Source: Tepidisphaera sp.
Lineage (GTDB): Bacteria; Planctomycetota; Phycisphaerae; Phycisphaerales; UBA1924
Length of the DNA: 64,000 nucleotides
Direction of reading: 5' to 3'
Assembly: GCA_050916045.1 (NCBI GenBank)
Contig: CP051526.1
Location: 448,001-512,000 of the forward strand
Shown here: positions 58,479 to 64,000 of the stretch, piece by piece
Layout: each line of letters opens with the position of its first letter
Numbering within the stretch: the first letter of the stretch is position 1
Translations under genes and position numbers: made by a program
The notes under the pieces: model-generated
What the model was told of the DNA's origin: nothing
What the model saw: the letters and a program-made list of their open reading frames with translations, nothing else
Databases searched by the model: none

Positions 58479-58572
58479 AAAAGCCCCCTCCCGGAGGCAG
58501 GGGTTTGGGGGGGGTTTTGTCTTCGCATTTTCACACCCACGATGAGACCGCAGAGGTCGATTCGTGGGTTTT
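58479..58572. terminator. Hairpins between convergent clpP and the MauE-pilin gene
   Basis: AAAAGCCCCCTCC...GGGGGGGGTTTT and ACCCACGA...TCGTGGGT-TTT. Confidence 0.6.
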
Positions 58573-58596
58573 CTCATAGCCGGTTGCTATCAACCT

Positions 58597-59832
58597 TTAG
58601 AAATCTCTTCCCGCGAGTCCGTGGCGTGTCGAGAGGACCGGAAACGGGATCGCGCCGTAGGGGCGACTGACCGGCAGGTCGGCGGGCGGGTTGGCGATGT
58701 CGATGAGGCCTGCGGACCCGTCGGCACGCCCGGCGGTGTAAAGGGCGATGCTGTCATCGCCCTCTTTATTGAGGTACTTTCCGCTGCCCGCGTCCCACGT
58801 GAGCCCTTTGTGCGAGGGGAACCGCACATCTCCGAGGGTCGAACCTCGGAGAAGGGTGTCGTCAATCGGCGCGTCGTCGGTGTCCCAGTACTGCGCGGAG
58901 GCCGAGCACCCGTGGGCAATCCGAAACTGAGTTGTAAAGACGCCCTCCGGGTATTCATTGAGTGAGTCATTCTCACGGGTACCGTCGTCGGTCACGGATC
59001 GCTTGCTGTTCAGGTACGCAGGGTGGAGAAGAGAGAGCCAAAGCCGCGAGTTGGCGCGAAAGTACGAAAGTCCACCGCCCGGGCTTGAGAGTTCGTCATA
59101 CCCGTTGATGACGAGCGGCCCCATTGGATTACCGGGTGTCCCGACGTACGGGAAGAAGTCTTTCGACGAAGAGGCGTAAGTGTTGATCGCGATGACAAGT
59201 TGCTGATGGGTGGCGAGGCTTACCGTGACCTTGGCCTGCTTTCGAGATTTCGAGAGTGCGGGCAGCGAGATCGCGATAATCAGCGCGATGACGCCGATCA
59301 CAAGAAGCATTTCGATGAGGGTAAACCCCGCGCGGACGCCGTTCCCGTGACCACGCGATACCGACCCTGGTGCCCCGGACGAGCCGAACCGAACACCGCA
59401 CCGGATGAGAAGCCAGCCGTTGACAATCAGCAGAGCGCCATTGCGGACTAATCCGCTCGTGGTATCCTCGCGGGGCCCCATCGACGATTTCACGAGCCCG
59501 AAGCATCCGCACGGACGCGGGGAGGGAGACAAACTGAGATAGATCAGTGTCAGGGAAAAGACTATGAGCGTTGCGAATGACAGGGCGAGAGTTCGGCGCC
59601 CACCCACGCCCGCGATCATTACCCCGCCGAGCAAAGCCTCGCCTATCACGACCATGGAAGCGACGCTCTTGGCGATTGGAAGATCGACGGGAAAAAGATG
59701 GTCAAGCACGGATGCGAATTGCGACACGGTATAGGCCTTGGTGACCGCGGCGCACAGAAACACGCCCCCGAGAAAAACCCAAAGTACGATGGTCAAAGAG
59801 TCCCGACGATCTGCTGTCGCTTGGATGTTCAT
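58597..59832 (-). CDS. MauE/DoxX-like membrane domain fused to a prepilin-type (type II secretion pseudopilin-like) domain
   Basis: Four TM helices with FL.AAVTK, GEALLG, PCGCFG and RN..L; then RAG-FTLIEMLLVIGVIALIIAISLPALSKSR (G169/F170); C-terminal ADGS...STRHGLAGRDF. Confidence 0.85.
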   Translation of the reverse strand: MNIQATADRRDSLTIVLWVFLGGVFLCAAVTKAYTVSQFASVLDHLFPVDLPIAKSVASMVVIGEALLGGVMIAGVGGRRTLALSFATLIVFSLTLIYLSLSPSPRPCGCFGLVKSSMGPREDTTSGLVRNGALLIVNGWLLIRCGVRFGSSGAPGSVSRGHGNGVRAGFTLIEMLLVIGVIALIIAISLPALSKSRKQAKVTVSLATHQQLVIAINTYASSSKDFFPYVGTPGNPMGPLVINGYDELSSPGGGLSYFRANSRLWLSLLHPAYLNSKRSVTDDGTRENDSLNEYPEGVFTTQFRIAHGCSASAQYWDTDDAPIDDTLLRGSTLGDVRFPSHKGLTWDAGSGKYLNKEGDDSIALYTAGRADGSAGLIDIANPPADLPVSRPYGAIPFPVLSTRHGLAGRDF

Positions 59833-59850
59833 GGCTCAGGACTCCGTCTT

Positions 59851-60696
59851 TCAGTACTCCAACGCGGTGCCGACTCTCGCAACGTTGTAGTCGTACACAC
59901 CGTCGAGCACCCAAAGCGATCGGCGCGGATCCCAGTAGAACGAGTGAACACGGGGATGCACGGCACCATCGCCAAACGTCGTAACCAGCCCGATCTCGGC
60001 CCAGACTACACGGCGATCACGCTTGAGAACGTCGCGCCAACTAGAAGGCGCGTTCCACCAGTTGCGTGTCGTTCCGCTGCTCTTTCCCTGCCAGATCTCG
60101 GCGGGCATGACCCCCGAGACAAAAGGCCTGGATTGGCTGGGGCTCGTCACCACGCCCGCGACCACAGCAAGCCCTTCGGGAGAATCCGCGATCTTGACAG
60201 GCTTCGCCGACCCATTCTCGACGAGTAGGCCGGTTGAAAAGAACTCCTTGAACATCGTCTCGACATCGCGACCTGGAGGGACGGGGGACTTGAAGATCGC
60301 AGAATAATCTTGTTCAATTTGCCAATTCGATTGCAGATCGTCGTAGGCACGAAGTATGTACCCCGACGCCCTCCTCCACTGAACGTACTTGTCGAAATCC
60401 TGAGTGACAAACCGCAGCGTGTAAAAGCGCGAAAATTCCTTCAGCAAAGCATCGATCGACCCCGAACCGTCGGGCAATCGACTCGGTAGCGTCGCGGTAC
60501 TCTTGTAGTAGTCGTAAAACGACGCCTCATCAAACTCAGTGCTCGATCGCATCGTGATCGCTCGGAATCTCTCCTGCGATTCTCGAACAATCTCAGCAGT
60601 ATCTCGCGGGTCGCGGGGAAGCCACCAAGACCGCGTCAGAATCGCGGTCACGGTCACTACACACAAAGAGACAACGCCGACTTGCCACGCTCGCAT
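59851..60696 (-). CDS. Hypothetical protein with an N-terminal membrane anchor (281 aa)
   Basis: GGAGG RBS; 13 nt after the upstream stop and 18 nt before the next start; one hydrophobic N-terminal helix. Confidence 0.75.
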   Translation of the reverse strand: MRAWQVGVVSLCVVTVTAILTRSWWLPRDPRDTAEIVRESQERFRAITMRSSTEFDEASFYDYYKSTATLPSRLPDGSGSIDALLKEFSRFYTLRFVTQDFDKYVQWRRASGYILRAYDDLQSNWQIEQDYSAIFKSPVPPGRDVETMFKEFFSTGLLVENGSAKPVKIADSPEGLAVVAGVVTSPSQSRPFVSGVMPAEIWQGKSSGTTRNWWNAPSSWRDVLKRDRRVVWAEIGLVTTFGDGAVHPRVHSFYWDPRRSLWVLDGVYDYNVARVGTALEY

Positions 60697-60709
60697 GGGG
60701 GCCTCCCGT

Positions 60710-60958
60710 CTATTTGCAGAGATCGGTGGGAGTGTCCTTGCAGTTTTCAGTCGTCTTGCAGCTGCAAGTCCACGTCGTTCCGGTTCTAGGCTTGCAGCAA
60801 CAAGCATCCTCGCTTGTCGCGCACTGTACCGAGCCCGTGCAGCCGTTCGTGCACGTGCGAGTAACCAGCACAGCACTGGCGATCGAAGCAAACGCCGTCA
60901 TCGCCGCAACGACCGCCACCGCACGACCGATCCGATCCAAACGAGTGGTTTTCGACAT
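60710..60958 (-). CDS. Secreted cysteine-rich small protein (82 aa; 53-aa predicted mature peptide with 10 Cys)
   Basis: AAGGAG RBS 6 nt before the ATG; Sec-type signal ending ASA; mature VLVTRTCTNGCTGSVQCATSEDACCCKPRTGTTWTCSCKTTENCKDTPTDLCK. Confidence 0.85.
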   Translation of the reverse strand: MSKTTRLDRIGRAVAVVAAMTAFASIASAVLVTRTCTNGCTGSVQCATSEDACCCKPRTGTTWTCSCKTTENCKDTPTDLCK

Positions 60959-60978
60959 TAGTGTCTCCTTGGTTCGCC

Positions 60979-61010
60979 ACCTTACCCCGGGGGGGGGGGT
61001 CGCATGTCAA
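60979..61010 (-). promoter_or_regulatory. Sigma70 promoter with a poly-C tract in the spacer
   Basis: Minus strand TTGACA-tgcga-C11-gggg-TAAGGT; the spacer is 20 nt. Confidence 0.7.
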
Positions 61011-61203
61011 GCAGATTCTCGATTTTGGTCCTCTGCAGACACGATTCTCTCTGCGAGTGACATCGCCGCGTCGGAACGTGGTTCGTGGCATCGAAGTCAT
61101 CCGAAGCTGCTGAGTTCGATGCCAAGAGCACTTCGTGTACCGGAAACCCCTCTGCCTCGAAGACTCGGCACCTCATCCGCCGGGGGGCGGTGGAGGCGTT
61201 GAT

Positions 61204-62706
61204 TCACTTCGCCGGCGTGATCTTGAGCACGCGGTCCGGCTCGTTGAGCACGACGTAGATGTCGCCGTTCGGGCCTTCGGTCACGTCGCGCACGCGGCCC
61301 ATCCCGTGGATGATCTCCTCGCGCTCGACGAAGACGCCCTTGCCGCCTTCGACCTTGACCCGCACGCGGTCGACGTTCGCGCCGGCCAAGCCGCCCGCGA
61401 AGAGGTCGCCCTTCCACTTGGGGAACGCGCTGCCGTTCGAAAGCCCCAAGCCGCACGCCGCGATCGACGGCAGCCAGCGGTACGTCGGCATGATGATGTT
61501 CGCCGGCAAGGACTGACCCTCGCTCCGCGACTCGGGCACATCCGCCCACGGAGTCCGCAGGGGCGTGTCCTGGTAGTTGATGCCAAAGGTCACGATCGGC
61601 CAGCCGTAGTTGCCGCCCTTCTGGATCAGGTTGAGCTCATCGCCGCCGCGCGGGCCGTGCTCGGTGTCCCAGAGGTTGCCCGCCGCGTCAAAGTGCAAGC
61701 CCTGCGGGTTGCGGTGGCCGTACGACCAGATGGCCGGGTACGCATCCTTCTCATTCACGAAGGGGTTGTCCGCGGGGATCGTGCCGTCGTCCTTGACGCG
61801 GAAGATCTTGCCGTTGGGACGCTTGAGGTCCTGAGCAAGCTGGCCGTTGCCGCGCTCGCCGATGCCGAAGTACAGGATGCTCGAGTCCTTGGGGTCAAAC
61901 GCGATCTTGACGCCAAAGTGCAGGCCCGAACCGACGTAGTGCTCGGGTTTGGCCTGGAAGATGTCCTGCTGATCGGTCCAGACGACCTTGTCACCCTCGG
62001 CTTTGAGCTTGCCGCGCACAACCCGGGTCATGTTGCGGTTGCGCTGGGTGGGGCTGGGGTCGGCGTAGGCGAGGTAGATCCAGCCGTTCTTGGCGAAGTC
62101 CGGGTGGGTCTCGACGTCCATCATGCCGCCCTGGCCGGCTTCGACGGACTCGGGCACGCCGTCGATATTGATCAGCTTGCCCCCGCGGAAAAGCAGAACC
62201 TCGCCGCTCCGGTTGGTCACGAGCATGCCCTCGAGGGGCCCGGTGATGAACGCGCACGACCACGGCGTGCGGAGCTTGACCGTCGAGTCCTTGGAGTTCT
62301 CGACGACCGTTTCGACCTTGTACTTCTCGTACTTGGAGGAGTACACGCCCTCGACGGCTTTGGGGCTTCCCAGCCGGCTGCGGCGCTCGTCACGCTGAAG
62401 TTCGCGGATGTGGACGACCAGGGACCAGATCTGCTCGTTCTTGAACTTGGACCCGAACGCGTGCTTGTCCTTGCCCGCTTTGATCGCGTCAAAGAACGGC
62501 CGGTCGAGGGTCTGGTCGAACTTGTCGTCGGTCAGGAGGGTCTTGGCGTCCTTGGACCCTTCGCCGCGACCCCCGTGGCAACTGGCGCAGTCGTTGGTCC
62601 ACATCGACGAAGCGGATTGTCCCTGCGCCGCCGCGGTTCCGGCGAGAGCAAGGAGGAGGGCGAGACGGATCGCAAGACGGTTGGCGAGCGGCGAGGTGTT
62701 AGGCAT
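61204..62706 (-). CDS. PQQ-dependent sugar (glucose/sorbosone-type) dehydrogenase with an N-terminal cytochrome c domain
   Basis: Signal peptide, CASCH haem motif, GQGGMMDV..HPDF..NGWIY, HFG, GERG, SYGHRNPQG, EHGPRGGDELN and GRVRDV. Confidence 0.93.
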   Translation of the reverse strand: MPNTSPLANRLAIRLALLLALAGTAAAQGQSASSMWTNDCASCHGGRGEGSKDAKTLLTDDKFDQTLDRPFFDAIKAGKDKHAFGSKFKNEQIWSLVVHIRELQRDERRSRLGSPKAVEGVYSSKYEKYKVETVVENSKDSTVKLRTPWSCAFITGPLEGMLVTNRSGEVLLFRGGKLINIDGVPESVEAGQGGMMDVETHPDFAKNGWIYLAYADPSPTQRNRNMTRVVRGKLKAEGDKVVWTDQQDIFQAKPEHYVGSGLHFGVKIAFDPKDSSILYFGIGERGNGQLAQDLKRPNGKIFRVKDDGTIPADNPFVNEKDAYPAIWSYGHRNPQGLHFDAAGNLWDTEHGPRGGDELNLIQKGGNYGWPIVTFGINYQDTPLRTPWADVPESRSEGQSLPANIIMPTYRWLPSIAACGLGLSNGSAFPKWKGDLFAGGLAGANVDRVRVKVEGGKGVFVEREEIIHGMGRVRDVTEGPNGDIYVVLNEPDRVLKITPAK

Positions 62707-62772
62707 GGCCCATGATACGGTGGTCTGGGCCCGCGCCGCACCCGGCCCTCCGGAGGCTTTCCTCGGGCTCCC

Positions 62773-64000
62773 TCAGACCCCGGCTCGACGGATGTCCACC
62801 AGCGCATCCACCGTCACGAGCAGGTCGTCGATCGAGAAAGGCTTGGCCAGGAACGCGGTGTGCTCGACCAGATCGCCTGAAAGCGACGGCCGGGCCCCGC
62901 CCGTCGTCAGCACGCACGGAAGCATGGGCAGCGTCGTCCGAAGCCTCGCCAGACACTCGACGCCGGTGTAGCCCGGAAGGCCCACGTCGAGCACCACCGC
63001 CGTGACCTCTTCGCTTCGTTCGGCCACCGCCGAAAGCACGCTCGTCCCGTCGTTGCACGCGATCACGCGATACCCCGCCGAACGGAGAGCTTCCACGACC
63101 ACGTTGCGGACCCCCGGGTTGTCCTCGCCGACGACGATGAGAGCGTCCTTTGAAAGCAGAGCGATCTTGGGCACGGCGGGCTTGAAGGACACGGCTTCGT
63201 GCTTGCACGCCGGCAGCGTGAAGGTGAACTCCGACCCGCCGCCGGGGAGAGCCGCCGCTCCCACGCTCCCGCCGTGCTCGATCAGAATGCCCTTCGCGAC
63301 CGCCAAGCCCAGCCCGGAACCTCGCCCGTCGATCCGGCCTCGGGCAAAGGTCGAGAAAACGTTCTCGAGTTCCCTCGGGCTGACGCCCGTCCCGGTGTCC
63401 CGAAGCCGCAGCGTGAGCGTCGTGACTGCTTCGCTCCCAGCGGTCGAACGGCTTTCGTCGATCCGAGCCGTCAAGGTCAGGGTCCCTCCAAGCGGCATCG
63501 AGTCTCGCGCGAAGATCGCCGTGTTGAGCAGGGCCTGTTTGATCTGGGCGGCATCGCACACGACGCCGTACCCGCGCACCGAATCGGTGTCGACCAAGAA
63601 CGCGACCGACTGCGGCAGAACCGCGGCGATCAGCGAATGCGCCGCGCCAAGCACTTCTTGGATGTCGCAGACCTTCTTGTCCGAGGGCGACGGGCGCTGA
63701 AGCGAGAGAAGCGAGCGTGTGAGACCCGCCGCATGCTGGCCCACCGATTCGATGCGGTTGAGAGCACGGATCGCTTCGGGCTCCTCCCGCATCACGCTTC
63801 GAGCCATCGCGGTCAGGCCGAGGATCGCGGTCAGGACGTTGTTGAACTCGTGATTCACCTGTTCGGCGACCGATCCCGCCGCTTCCATGCGCTGCGTGTC
63901 GCGGACGATCGCTTCCAGACGCTTGCGCTCCGTGATGTCGTCGGCGGCGACCAGCATCTCGCCCGAGTCCGCGCCAAGCCGCGTCGCGCGAAGCTCGAGA
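62773..64000 (-). CDS. Hybrid sensor histidine kinase/response regulator (3' part; 5' end lies outside the window)
   Basis: PAC end DITERKRLE, H-box HEFNN, LLNTAIFARDSM, DTGTG, GSGLGL, and receiver ED...LD..LP...KPF; the frame is open to the window edge. Confidence 0.92.
   Translation of the reverse strand, partial: LELRATRLGADSGEMLVAADDITERKRLEAIVRDTQRMEAAGSVAEQVNHEFNNVLTAILGLTAMARSVMREEPEAIRALNRIESVGQHAAGLTRSLLSLQRPSPSDKKVCDIQEVLGAAHSLIAAVLPQSVAFLVDTDSVRGYGVVCDAAQIKQALLNTAIFARDSMPLGGTLTLTARIDESRSTAGSEAVTTLTLRLRDTGTGVSPRELENVFSTFARGRIDGRGSGLGLAVAKGILIEHGGSVGAAALPGGGSEFTFTLPACKHEAVSFKPAVPKIALLSKDALIVVGEDNPGVRNVVVEALRSAGYRVIACNDGTSVLSAVAERSEEVTAVVLDVGLPGYTGVECLARLRTTLPMLPCVLTTGGARPSLSGDLVEHTAFLAKPFSIDDLLVTVDALVDIRRAGV

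Noticed and set aside
58597..59832. Methylamine utilisation (mau) cluster
   Set aside because: No mauA, mauB, mauD or mauG-like genes are present in the window; only the MauE-like domain occurs, fused to a pilin.

Overview
GC-rich bacterial chromosomal window, most likely from a planctomycete of the Phycisphaerales. This is inferred from the dockerin-like 'DFNxDGFxDFFDY...FExGC' C-termini, the several prepilin-type H-X9-DG proteins and the FHA-GAF-PP2C fusion. It begins inside rpoC and ends inside a hybrid histidine kinase. About 52 CDS are supportable. Housekeeping genes include rpoC, dut, ruvA, nadA, a ComM/YifB ATPase, a DEAD-box helicase, der, rlmN, asnS, mnmE, yidC and two clpP; the rest include an RND efflux pair, an MFS transporter, a secreted GH13 enzyme, nucleotide-sugar enzymes and many secreted or membrane hypotheticals. 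I saw no rRNA, tRNA, CRISPR array or intact transposase. The best candidate for an undescribed system is a compact, lower-GC three-gene operon at 58597-61010 (minus strand). It encodes a secreted 53-aa peptide with 10 cysteines, a membrane-anchored unknown protein, and a MauE/DoxX-like (CGCFG) membrane domain fused in front of an internal prepilin cleavage site. Its TTGACA/TAAGGT promoter has a C11 homopolymer in a 20-nt spacer, a layout typical of phase variation. Other observations: about 13 genes appear leaderless, three promoters of pilin-like genes share a motif at the -35 box, there is an orphan Imm26-like immunity gene and an orphan zeta-toxin-like kinase, and one ClpP has Asn at the catalytic Asp position. 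All family assignments come from motif recognition by eye, not from database searches.
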